From Nitratidesulfovibrio vulgaris str. Hildenborough (lineage in GTDB: Bacteria; Desulfobacterota; Desulfovibrionia; Desulfovibrionales; Desulfovibrionaceae): a stretch of DNA of 32,000 bases. The position numbers were made by a program, and so were the translations under genes. A model generated the notes under the pieces. It made no database searches, was not told the origin of the DNA, and worked only from the letters and a program-made list of their open reading frames with translations. Of this stretch, positions 16,392-24,376 are shown piece by piece. The DNA is taken from positions 690,001-722,000 of the forward strand of contig NC_002937.3 in NCBI RefSeq assembly GCF_000195755.1, in the 5' to 3' direction. Every line of letters begins with the position of its first letter. Positions within the stretch are counted from its first letter, which is position 1.

Positions 16392-17780
16392 ATGTCCGAC
16401 GCTTTTGACGTCATCGTGGTAGGTGGCGGGCCTGCAGGCCTGTTCGCCTCGTATTACCTTGCGGAACATTCCGGCCTCAAGGTCTGTCTCATCGAGCGCG
16501 GGCAGAGCGTGCGCAAGCGCGGTTGCCCCATCGCCAAGACCCAGAAATGCATGAAGTGCGAGCCCTGCCATATCCTGTCCGGCATGGGCGGTGGAGGACT
16601 GTTCTCCGACGGCAAGCTCAACTTCATCCATAAACTCGGCAAGACCGACCTCACGCAGTTCCTTCCGCGTTCGCAGGCCGAGGCGCTCATCGACGAGACC
16701 GAGACCATCTTCAATCGCTTCGGCATGGACGGCCCGGTGTTCCCCTCCGATATGGACGCTGCCCGCGACATCCGCAAACAGGCCAAGAAGCATGGCATCG
16801 ACCTCTTGCTCATCAAGCAGAAGCACCTTGGCAGCGACTGCCTGCCCGATCATATCTTCGCCATGTGCGAACACCTCGCCGCGAAGGGCGTGACCATCCG
16901 CACCGGAGAAGAGGTGCGCACCGTCACCGTCGAGAACGGCAGCGTGCGCGGCGTGGTGACGGACAAGGGCGAATACGCCTGCAAATCCGTCATCGTCGCG
17001 CCCGGGCGCGTCGGGGCCGACTGGGTCGGTGAGCTTGCGCGAGGCTTCGGGCTGAACATGAGCCAGCGGGGTATCGAGGTCGGGGTGCGTGTCGAGACGC
17101 ATAACGACGTCATGCGCGACATCACCGACGTCATCTACGACCCCACCTTCTTCGTGCAGACCACCAAGTACGACGACCAGACCCGCACCTTCTGCACCAA
17201 CCCGGCGGGTTTCATCGCGCTGGAGAACTATCAGGATTTCGTCTGCGTCAACGGTCACGCCTATCGTAACCGCAAGTCGGAGAACACCAACTTCGCCTTC
17301 CTGTCCAAGGTGGTACTCACCGACCCGGTATCCGACAACACCGGCTACGGCACGGCCATCGGCAGGCTGGCGACCATCATCGGTGGCGGCAAGCCCATCC
17401 TTCAGCGTCTTGGCGACCTGCGGCGCGGTCGACGTTCCACATGGCAGCGCATCAAGAACGGCTACATCGAACCCACCCTGATGAACGTGGTGCCCGGCGA
17501 CATCGCCATGGCGCTGCCGGAACGCATCGTCACCAACCTCGTGGACGGTCTCGAGCAACTCAATAACGTCATTCCGGGTATCGCCGATGACGGCACACTG
17601 CTCTATGCGCCTGAGATCAAGTTCTTCGCCACGCAGGTGGAGACGGACAGCCATCTCGAAACGGGTATCCGCGGCCTCTTCGTCGCAGGCGACGGGCCGG
17701 GCGTGGCGGGCAACATCGTCTCCGCGGCCGCCACGGGCATCATCCCCGCCAAGGCCATCATCGAGCGCGAAGGCGCCTGA
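16392..17780 (+). CDS. FAD-dependent oxidoreductase (COG2509-type NAD(FAD)-utilising dehydrogenase)
   Basis: Internal ATG 16392 with AGGAG at 16379-16383. The dinucleotide-binding motif is DVIVVGGGPAGLFASYYL. The C-terminal region has GLFVAGDGPGVAGNIVSAAATG. 462 aa. Confidence 0.85.
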   Translation: MSDAFDVIVVGGGPAGLFASYYLAEHSGLKVCLIERGQSVRKRGCPIAKTQKCMKCEPCHILSGMGGGGLFSDGKLNFIHKLGKTDLTQFLPRSQAEALIDETETIFNRFGMDGPVFPSDMDAARDIRKQAKKHGIDLLLIKQKHLGSDCLPDHIFAMCEHLAAKGVTIRTGEEVRTVTVENGSVRGVVTDKGEYACKSVIVAPGRVGADWVGELARGFGLNMSQRGIEVGVRVETHNDVMRDITDVIYDPTFFVQTTKYDDQTRTFCTNPAGFIALENYQDFVCVNGHAYRNRKSENTNFAFLSKVVLTDPVSDNTGYGTAIGRLATIIGGGKPILQRLGDLRRGRRSTWQRIKNGYIEPTLMNVVPGDIAMALPERIVTNLVDGLEQLNNVIPGIADDGTLLYAPEIKFFATQVETDSHLETGIRGLFVAGDGPGVAGNIVSAAATGIIPAKAIIEREGA

Positions 17781-17846
17781 CCACAGTCTGGCGCGTAAGC
17801 GCCGAAGATGGCGTAAACCCCGTGAAGCGGGATGCATCACAACGAG

Positions 17847-17877
17847 AGGGGCCGGACAGCTTTGTCCGGCCCCTTTT
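17847..17877. terminator. Intrinsic terminator between convergent genes
   Basis: AGGGGCCGGACA-gctt-TGTCCGGCCCCT forms a 12-bp perfect stem followed by TTT. It begins 67 nt after the oxidoreductase stop and ends 39 nt before the stop of the minus-strand membrane-protein gene. Confidence 0.75.
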
Positions 17878-17912
17878 GCATCGATGCGTCACCGCCGTCG
17901 CGGTGGAAGCGG

Positions 17913-18779
17913 TCAGAGTCCCTTCCTGCCCGAATCGACAGAGGAGGGAGAGAAGTAGGTCGTGGCTGCTGTCAACGCCAAGGCGTACAGCGCTGCGAAG
18001 ATGCCCACTGCCGCGTCATAGAAGGGGGGGGCACCAAGGGCGATGCGCATGAACAGGGTGGCGATGACGTAGCCGGAATTGCGGAACACGGCGTGGAACA
18101 TGGGCATGAAACGCTGCGTGACGAGCACCAGCAGGATGTCCGCGAAGATGAGCACCGTATAGATGGTCTCGAAGAACTCCGGCTTGCGGCCCGTGGTCAC
18201 GAGCATGACCCCGTCATAGACGGCGATGCCCAGAAAGACGCAGAAGAGCATGAGAGAGATGAGCTTCTTGGTCATCACGTAGCGCATCCGTTCCATGGGG
18301 GCGGTGATGTACCCCTGCGGCCGCTGCATACGGTAGTAGAAGCCCAGGCAGACGAAGATGAACAGCGCCGCCGAACCTGATGTCACGATGTGCAGCACGG
18401 GCATGAGGTCGAGTTGCAGCGTGATGGGTTCGTGCATGTTGGAGAGCTCCTTGAAGGAGTTCCGCAGCAGGATGAGGGCGAGAATCTCGAACTGCTTGCC
18501 CATGGACCGGGCGATGGAACAGGAGATGGTCATGATAAGGCTCATGACCTCCAGTACCAGCAGCATGGAAAAGGCCAGATTCACTGCCTGAAAGTGGTTG
18601 GTGGGGGTGATGGCGGAGATGGCGGGCGGCAGAAGACCCTGCCTGTTGGCTTCGATGGCGATGACCCCCATGATGAATACCGCGATGAGTCCTCGTGCCA
18701 CGCGGCGTTCGGTCTTCGGATGCTCCCAGAAGTGGTGGAGCATGTCGAAGAGATTGGTCAGGGGTTCGAAGCGGATCAT
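17913..18779 (-). CDS. Polytopic inner-membrane protein of unknown function
   Basis: Internal ATG 18779 with GGAGGA 6-7 nt upstream. The track start at 18833 has no SD. About 6-7 hydrophobic helices (LIAVFIMGVIAI, VNLAFSMLLVLEVMSLIMTI, SGSAALFIFVCLGFYY, LISLMLFCVFLGIAVY, IYTVLIFADILLVLV, VGIFAALYALALTAA). I recognise no family motif. Confidence 0.7.
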   Translation of the reverse strand: MIRFEPLTNLFDMLHHFWEHPKTERRVARGLIAVFIMGVIAIEANRQGLLPPAISAITPTNHFQAVNLAFSMLLVLEVMSLIMTISCSIARSMGKQFEILALILLRNSFKELSNMHEPITLQLDLMPVLHIVTSGSAALFIFVCLGFYYRMQRPQGYITAPMERMRYVMTKKLISLMLFCVFLGIAVYDGVMLVTTGRKPEFFETIYTVLIFADILLVLVTQRFMPMFHAVFRNSGYVIATLFMRIALGAPPFYDAAVGIFAALYALALTAATTYFSPSSVDSGRKGL

Positions 18780-18839
18780 GTGCCGTCCTCCGGGCTGGTT
18801 GTGCAATCGGCCCGCAAGATAGCAGATGTACATGAAAAC

Positions 18840-18932
18840 GGAAAGGGATTCGCCTTAATTTTCCGCTTACGCGGCGTGTTCCGGCCTTGCCTTGGCGTGC
18901 CAGGAACCTTCATGGATGGCGAATCCCTTTCC
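18840..18932. repeat. Perfect 15-bp inverted repeat enclosing 63 nt, upstream of the membrane-protein gene
   Basis: GGAAAGGGATTCGCC (18840-18854) and GGCGAATCCCTTTCC (18918-18932) are exact reverse complements. The interior can form a second helix, GTTCC...GGAAC. Confidence 0.6.
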
Positions 18933-19201
18933 TCTGTTCGTCCGTGGTGCAATTAATCCTGTGCACCCTCCGTTATGTCTTCCGGTCTCCCCGTTCAGGT
19001 GCGTCCCTCACGTGGTTCCCGTACGCCCACTAGATAAGTCGGTTGTGCGTCATGTCAATGTCTGGCGCGACAAGAGTTGTAACCGTCTGTATCCATGGTC
19101 AAAAAAGATGGCTTCCAGGCGCGGCACAGAGAGGGGAGAGGTGGCTGTGCACTCATTGCCTGGGGCTTGCCCCGTTGCCTGTTCGGTATTTCAGAAAGGT
19201 G

Positions 19202-19230
19202 TTGACTTGTTCGCTCCATTTGCGTAGAAG
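19202..19230 (+). promoter_or_regulatory. Candidate sigma-70 promoter for tRNA-Glu
   Basis: TTGACT (19202-19207), a 17-nt spacer, then TAGAAG (19225-19230). Lies about 38 nt upstream of the mature tRNA 5' end. Confidence 0.4.
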
Positions 19231-19267
19231 CCGTTTCTCGCAACTGTGAACAACAGTTGTGCTGGGT

Positions 19268-19344
19268 GTTCCCATCGTCTAGCCGGCCTAGGACAACGGC
19301 CTTTCACGCCGTCGACAGGGGTTCGAATCCCCTTGGGAACGCCA
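19268..19344 (+). tRNA. tRNA-Glu (anticodon UUC), CCA encoded
   Basis: Acceptor stem GTTCCCA/TGGGAAC. Anticodon arm is ACGGC-CTTTCAC-GCCGT, with TTC at 19303-19305. T arm is AGGGG-TTCGAAT-CCCCT. Discriminator G is followed by CCA at 19342-19344. Confidence 0.93.
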
Positions 19345-19356
19345 AACGCAAGAACA

Positions 19357-19384
19357 GGGCCTGTGTGCAAGCACAGGCCCTTTT
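19357..19384 (+). terminator. Intrinsic terminator after tRNA-Glu
   Basis: GGGCCTGTG-tgcaag-CACAGGCCC followed by TTTT. Confidence 0.75.
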
Positions 19385-19561
19385 CGCGTCTGGTGCTGTC
19401 CGCATCCGTCGTCTACCCATGGCCGCGCATCGTCAGTGAAGGTCTGGGGGCGTGCCTGCCCCTTGTGGTGTACGGCGTGATGCCAAGGCAGCTGCAAGGC
19501 TTGCGGGACTTGCTGTCGTCCGGTCGGTTAGCGCAATCGCGCACGTCTCTCCGCGTGTGTG

Positions 19562-20335
19562 CTAGAGGTGCGGGTTGGCGCTTTGCGGGCGGAAGAAGAA
19601 CTCGACCCGGCGGTTCAACTCGCCCGTGTCGTCATTCTCCGGGACGAGGGGGCGGGTGTCGCCGTAGCCCACGGCCTTGAGGCGACGTGGGCTGACCCCG
19701 AGGGACAGGATATGGCGGACGAGTGTCACGGCCCGCGCCGCGGAAAGTTCCCAGTGGGTGGGAAACTGGCTGCTGAACGGTTCACGCGACCCGGTGTGCC
19801 CTTCCACGATGAGGTCGTACTTGTGCTTGAGCAATATCGTGTGCACCAGCCTGATGACGGCCTCTCCATCGGGCAGCAGGCGCGCGCTGCCCGGTTCGAA
19901 GAGGGCGCGTGAGTTGACGCGCAGGTTGATGCCCCCCTCTTCGGCGCTGATGATGGCGTTCTTTGCTATCTCGGCCTGTTCGTTGACGAGTTCCTTGAGC
20001 ATGCGCGCCACTTCGAGCTGTTCCTGCTCTGCGGCATCGAGCTTTTCAGTGATCAGCACCTGCGATTCGGTGGTCGGCGAAAAGGCTGCCTCGATATCCT
20101 GCGGGCGTTCCCGTTGCACACCGAAGGCATCCTGAATGGAGCCGAGCGCTGCCTGGAATTTTGCGATGTCCGTCTTCGCGAACGATAGCAGCAGGATGAA
20201 GAAGCATAGCAGCAGCGACATCATGTCGGCGAAGGTGACGATCCACTCGGGAATGTCGCCCCCGCCGCCATCGCCGCCGTCATCCCCTCCTCTGCGAGGT
20301 GGGGGCGGTGGTGGGGCCTGTGTCGGTTCGGCCAT
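19562..20335 (-). CDS. motB: Flagellar stator protein MotB (OmpA-like peptidoglycan-binding C-terminus)
   Basis: TM/plug region is IVTFADMMSLLLCFFILLLSF with the conserved Asp. The OmpA-like C-terminus has GHTGS...NWELSAARA...NRRVEF. Lies 3 nt downstream of motA. The Pro/Gly-rich N-terminus is unusual. Confidence 0.9.
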   Translation of the reverse strand: MAEPTQAPPPPPPRRGGDDGGDGGGGDIPEWIVTFADMMSLLLCFFILLLSFAKTDIAKFQAALGSIQDAFGVQRERPQDIEAAFSPTTESQVLITEKLDAAEQEQLEVARMLKELVNEQAEIAKNAIISAEEGGINLRVNSRALFEPGSARLLPDGEAVIRLVHTILLKHKYDLIVEGHTGSREPFSSQFPTHWELSAARAVTLVRHILSLGVSPRRLKAVGYGDTRPLVPENDDTGELNRRVEFFFRPQSANPHL

Positions 20336-20338
20336 GCG

Positions 20339-21091
20339 TCATTCCTTCGGGCGGAGATTGGGTGGCAGGAAGGCCATGAGTTTCTCCTTCACCAGTTGGG
20401 GATGCTCGCCGTTGAGGATGGAGAGCACTCCCTCCATCTTGAGCTGCATCATGAACTGCTCGTCGAAGGAGCGCTCTTCGAGTTTCTTCGCCATGGGCAG
20501 GAACATGAGGTTCGAAAGAACCGCCCCGTAGAAGGTGGTGAGCAGGGCGACGGCCATGGCGGGGCCGATGCTGGCGGGGTCGGAGAGGTTCTGGAGCATG
20601 TTCACGAGGCCGACCAGCGTCCCGATCATGCCGAAGGCGGGCGCTGCGGAGCCCAGCCCCTTGAAGACGGCCTGACCGCGTCTGTGCCGTTGCTTCATGA
20701 AGTTGATCTCGGCGTCGAGCAGTGCCGTGACCTGATCCTGCGAGGAACCGTCCGCCACCATCCTGATGCCCTTCTTGAGGAACTCGTCCTGCAGGGGCAC
20801 CTTCTCGAGGGCCACGAGGCTTTCACGGCGGGCGGTATCCGCCAGTTTGCAGATGTCCTCGACGGTCTGGACAGGGTTCTCCTTATTGAACTTGAAGGTT
20901 CTCATGGCGATGCCCATGGACCCGAGCACCACTTCAAGCGGGAACATGACGAGAATGGCCGTTATGGTTCCCCCGATGACGATGACCACCGAAGGGATGT
21001 CCACGAACGGCATGAGAGAACCGCCAAGGAGGATGGCGATGATGATGAGGGCAAAGCCGCCGACGATGCCGATGAGAGTCGCTATGTCCAT
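20339..21091 (-). CDS. motA: Flagellar stator protein MotA/PomA (MotA/TolQ/ExbB proton-channel family)
   Basis: MDIATLIGIVGGFALIIIAILLGG opens the protein. The C-terminal channel block is GLGSAAPAFGMIGTLVGLVNML...MAVALLTTFYGAVLSNLMFLPMA. The start abuts the fapA-like stop. Confidence 0.9.
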   Translation of the reverse strand: MDIATLIGIVGGFALIIIAILLGGSLMPFVDIPSVVIVIGGTITAILVMFPLEVVLGSMGIAMRTFKFNKENPVQTVEDICKLADTARRESLVALEKVPLQDEFLKKGIRMVADGSSQDQVTALLDAEINFMKQRHRRGQAVFKGLGSAAPAFGMIGTLVGLVNMLQNLSDPASIGPAMAVALLTTFYGAVLSNLMFLPMAKKLEERSFDEQFMMQLKMEGVLSILNGEHPQLVKEKLMAFLPPNLRPKE

Positions 21092-22240
21092 CTATGCTGT
21101 CCGTCCTGCCGGGTGGGTTGCTACCACCGCGCCGTCGCAATACGAGAACCGTACGTTTTTCAGAAAGTCCTGATTCATCAGACGCGCCGGGCCGATGCAG
21201 ATTTCGACTCCCGGGCGCACCTCACCCCGGACATCGATCGTGCATGTTTCAAGTGTCGATGTGGCGTCAAGTCTGGCCAGCAGGTCTGCAAGCTTGCGCC
21301 GCAACCTTTTCAGTGCGGCTGCATAGCGTTCTCCGCGGGCCTTCGCCTTGTCGCCCAGCCTGCCACCCCGTCCCGCCAGCTTGGCGCAGGAGAGCATGAC
21401 CTCTTCGACGTGCTGTGCCTGCACTTCAAGCCTGTGCACGGCAGTGTTGAGGAACGGGTCGTAGCCTACCTGCACGCGGGTGAGTGTCGACATGCCGCCC
21501 CCCAGTCGTTCTCCAACTGTGATCGAGTCCCGTGCAGCGGTCATGCCGCCTATGAGTCGTTCAGCGACCTGTACGGATGCGTTGGACTTGATTTCATTGT
21601 GCAGGGACGAGCCCGATACGACAACATGGCTTCCGGCATGGACGATGGCGTTCTCCATGAAAGGGGCTGCCACCGTCTCCCGGACGCGAAGCCTTCCGCT
21701 ACCTCCGGCCTTGACGCCTCCTCGCGCCTCAAGCCGTTCACATTCGATGAAGGCGCCTTCGATGAGGCCTTCTACCAGCAGGGAACGTGCGCGTACCCGA
21801 AAGGCCACACGTACCATTCCCCGGACGATGAGATCACCGAAATAGCGTATATTTCCCACATGGTAGGTGACATCCTCGTCCACGACAAGGGTGTCGCGCA
21901 CTGCGAGCGCCCGTTCATCCCAGTCGAGATGCCCGCTTCGCGTGGCCACCACGGGCACGCCTTGCCCCTCGGTATGTTCCGTGCTTGCATCACCAAGGGC
22001 ACAGCCTTCGCCTATCAGGTGCTGTGCCACCTCCGGCGAGAAGTGTTCCCCGGCGGGAACGAGCACTTCGGCTACCACATCACCCGGCGAGACCGGATGG
22101 ACGAAACCCAATTCGCGGTGGTCTACCCTGCCAGCATGAATGGCCTGCGGTACCGGAGGGCGCAGGTCGCATGAGAGAGGTATCAGCACGTTCAGTGAGT
22201 ATGGCATGTTACCCCGTGAGGTGAGGGTGTCTTCCTGCAT
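21092..22240 (-). CDS. FapA-family (DUF342) flagellar assembly protein
   Basis: Start placed at ATG 22240 (AGGAA 7 nt upstream), with an alternative ATG at 22207. Shows the repetitive beta-helix-like pattern typical of DUF342 (GNIRYFGDLIVRG..., LLVEGLIEGAFIECERLEARGGV, ENAIVHAGSHVVVSGSSLHNEIKS) and a C-terminal coiled coil. Directly upstream of motAB. Confidence 0.78.
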   Translation of the reverse strand: MQEDTLTSRGNMPYSLNVLIPLSCDLRPPVPQAIHAGRVDHRELGFVHPVSPGDVVAEVLVPAGEHFSPEVAQHLIGEGCALGDASTEHTEGQGVPVVATRSGHLDWDERALAVRDTLVVDEDVTYHVGNIRYFGDLIVRGMVRVAFRVRARSLLVEGLIEGAFIECERLEARGGVKAGGSGRLRVRETVAAPFMENAIVHAGSHVVVSGSSLHNEIKSNASVQVAERLIGGMTAARDSITVGERLGGGMSTLTRVQVGYDPFLNTAVHRLEVQAQHVEEVMLSCAKLAGRGGRLGDKAKARGERYAAALKRLRRKLADLLARLDATSTLETCTIDVRGEVRPGVEICIGPARLMNQDFLKNVRFSYCDGAVVATHPAGRTA

Positions 22241-22291
22241 GACGCATTCCTGACATCCGCAAGCAACCAGTATAGCGATATCAGTACGGTA

Positions 22292-22307
22292 GGCAAGAAG
22301 GGAACCA
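22292..22307 (-). promoter_or_regulatory. Candidate sigma-54 promoter for fapA-motAB
   Basis: The minus strand reads TGGTTCCCTTCTTGCC, with GG and GC at the canonical 12-nt offset and a full TTGC -12 box. About 50 nt upstream of ATG 22240. Confidence 0.4.
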
Positions 22308-22639
22308 TGCCCGCCTATGGGGGATAACCCGCATCCTCCGCGCGATGCATGCTGCCCCCGGGCGCTTCGTTCGCAAAGGCCCCGGGAAGGACGAACCGGT
22401 ACGGCGTCCCGCAGCCGGGGCGGAGTGGGCACTCCATCTGGGCGTTCTCGACCGATGTCCCGAGGCGTCCTTCGCTGGCAGGGCCGAGGATTATCCGTCA
22501 GTCACATCAGGAAAAGGCGGTACGCCTTGAAAGGCGCGACGGCATGGGGTATTGCCCCTCATGTTCCCATGTCGCGCGTATGCGGACAGGTCGCTTCAGG
22601 CTGACGTGGGTGCCCAACCCGCCATATCAAGGACATCCC

Positions 22640-23452
22640 ATGCCCATATTCGCCATCCATGCCCAGCCTCTCCATTGCCGCGACGTGGGAGAGGGTGTGC
22701 CCATCCTGTTCGGTCATGGCTACCTGTGGGACGGCACGCTGTGGAATGCCCAGGTCGATGCCTTGAGCGAGACGCACCGGTGCATCGTCCCCGACCTCTG
22801 GGGGCATGGTCGTTCGGGTGCGTTGCCGCCTTCCACGCGCACGATGAAAGACCTTGCCCGGGACATGCTGGCGCTTGCCGACACGCTGCGGCTGGACGAC
22901 TTCGTCGTCTGCGGACACGGCATCGGCGGGCAATGGGCGCTGGAACTGGCGCTCATGGCACCCCGGCGGGTGAAGGGGCTGGTTCTCATCGGTACGTTCG
23001 CCGGGGCCGAGTCTGAAAGGGCCCGCAACGTGGCACTTGGCCTTCTTGAAAGCATGGAGCGCAGCGGCGGCATGACGCCGCCCATCCTCGATGCGCTTCT
23101 GCCATACTTCTTCACGCCGGAAATGCTGGAGGAGGACGGCCCCGTGGTGCGCGCCTTCCGCATGTCGCTGTTGCGTCTGCCCCCGGAACGTCTCGCCACG
23201 GTGCTTGAACTGGGCCGCATGATATGCCTGCGTGAAGACCGCATGCATGTGCTGCCCGCGCTCGCTTCGCGCCCCGTGCTGGTGATTGCCGGACAAGAGG
23301 ACAGGCGCCGTCCCCGCGAAGAGGGCAGGCGTATGGCTGCCGCCCTCGGGGTCCGCTGCGAGGAGATACCGGGCGCAGGGCATGTACCGCCACTTGAGCA
23401 GCCTGCCGTCATGAACAGGCTCTTGCGCGATTTTCTCGTGGATTGCCGTTAG
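22640..23452 (+). CDS. Alpha/beta-hydrolase-fold protein whose nucleophile Ser is replaced by Gly
   Basis: Internal ATG 22640 with AAGGAC upstream. HGYLWDG...PDLWGHGRSG is the oxyanion region. The nucleophile elbow reads GHGIGG (22913-22930) rather than GHSxGG. The Asp (IAGQEDRR) and His (GAGHVPPLEQP) positions are retained. Confidence 0.85.
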   Translation: MPIFAIHAQPLHCRDVGEGVPILFGHGYLWDGTLWNAQVDALSETHRCIVPDLWGHGRSGALPPSTRTMKDLARDMLALADTLRLDDFVVCGHGIGGQWALELALMAPRRVKGLVLIGTFAGAESERARNVALGLLESMERSGGMTPPILDALLPYFFTPEMLEEDGPVVRAFRMSLLRLPPERLATVLELGRMICLREDRMHVLPALASRPVLVIAGQEDRRRPREEGRRMAAALGVRCEEIPGAGHVPPLEQPAVMNRLLRDFLVDCR

Positions 23453-23536
23453 CAGACGGTCTGCAGCGGGCGCTGCCCGTGGCAGTGCGATGCAGGGCCG
23501 CGGCCCTTTGACGGCAGCCTGCCTGCCGGAGGCGAC

Positions 23537-24376
23537 ATGGACGACGCCAGCCTGCGTTCCGCCATCCTCGAAGCGGCGCAACGACACCCCCGTTCCGACG
23601 GCGAGGACGTGCTTTCCGTGCCCGGTCACGTGCTGGCGGCGTTGGCGGACGGCAGCGGCAGGCATCTCAGGCTGGTCGAGAGCATGGCCTGCACTGCTGG
23701 CGTCTGGCCCGAACGCTATCTCCGCAACACACGCCTTCTCTCCTGCGCCGAACAGGTTCGCCTGCTTGGTGCGCGCGTCTTGCTGGTGGGACTCGGGGGG
23801 CTTGGCGGACATGTTCTCGACATGCTCCTGCGCATGGGGGTGGGCACCATCGTCGGCTGCGACGGGGATGTGTTCGAAGAGAGCAACCTCAACAGGCAGT
23901 TGCTTTCCGGGGTGGACCGCGTGGGAATGCCCAAGGCCGAAGCGGCCCGGCTGCACGCCCAGGCCGTGAACCCAGCCGTCATCTTCGAGCCTGTCTGTAC
24001 CTTCCTGCGGGGGGTGGACATGCATCGGCACGCGAAGGGGGCCGATGTCGTCGTGGATGCCCTTGGCGGCCTCGACGACAGGATGGCCCTGCGTGATGCC
24101 GCCCGTGCTGCGGGGGTTCCGCTTGTCACGGCTGGCGTAGCCGGGCTTTCGGGCTGGGTCGCCACCGTCGCACCGGAAGGCACCGCCCCTGCCGACCTTT
24201 TCGGACAGGGGCGTGCAGCCGAAGATGTGCTTGGCAACTTCGCCCCCACAGTGGGCCTCGCAGCCTCCCTCCAGTGTGTGCAGGTCATGCAGGTTCTCAC
24301 CGGGCGTTCCGCCCCGGCGGGAATGCTGCTGTTCGACCTTTCCGACCAGACCTTCGTCTCCCTTCCCCTGGCCTGA
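23537..24376 (+). CDS. ThiF/MoeB/HesA-family E1-like adenylyltransferase with a roughly 58-aa N-terminal extension
   Basis: ERYLRNTRLL...VLLVGLGGLGGHVLDMLLRMGVGTIVGCDGDVFEESNLNRQ gives the Rossmann GxGxxG and D-x-D...NLNRQ motifs. No CxxC zinc pairs are visible. Confidence 0.85.
   Translation: MDDASLRSAILEAAQRHPRSDGEDVLSVPGHVLAALADGSGRHLRLVESMACTAGVWPERYLRNTRLLSCAEQVRLLGARVLLVGLGGLGGHVLDMLLRMGVGTIVGCDGDVFEESNLNRQLLSGVDRVGMPKAEAARLHAQAVNPAVIFEPVCTFLRGVDMHRHAKGADVVVDALGGLDDRMALRDAARAAGVPLVTAGVAGLSGWVATVAPEGTAPADLFGQGRAAEDVLGNFAPTVGLAASLQCVQVMQVLTGRSAPAGMLLFDLSDQTFVSLPLA

Noticed and set aside
18887-18902. Sigma-54-like TGGCACGCCAAGGCAA on the minus strand, inside the large inverted repeat.
   Set aside because: The -12 GC falls one nucleotide too close to the -24 GG, and sigma-54 spacing is strict.
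19345-19561. tRNA-Glu as a possible integration hotspot for a genomic island.
   Set aside because: There is no integrase, no direct repeat of the tRNA 3' end, and the downstream genes (motB/motA/fapA) have host-like GC.
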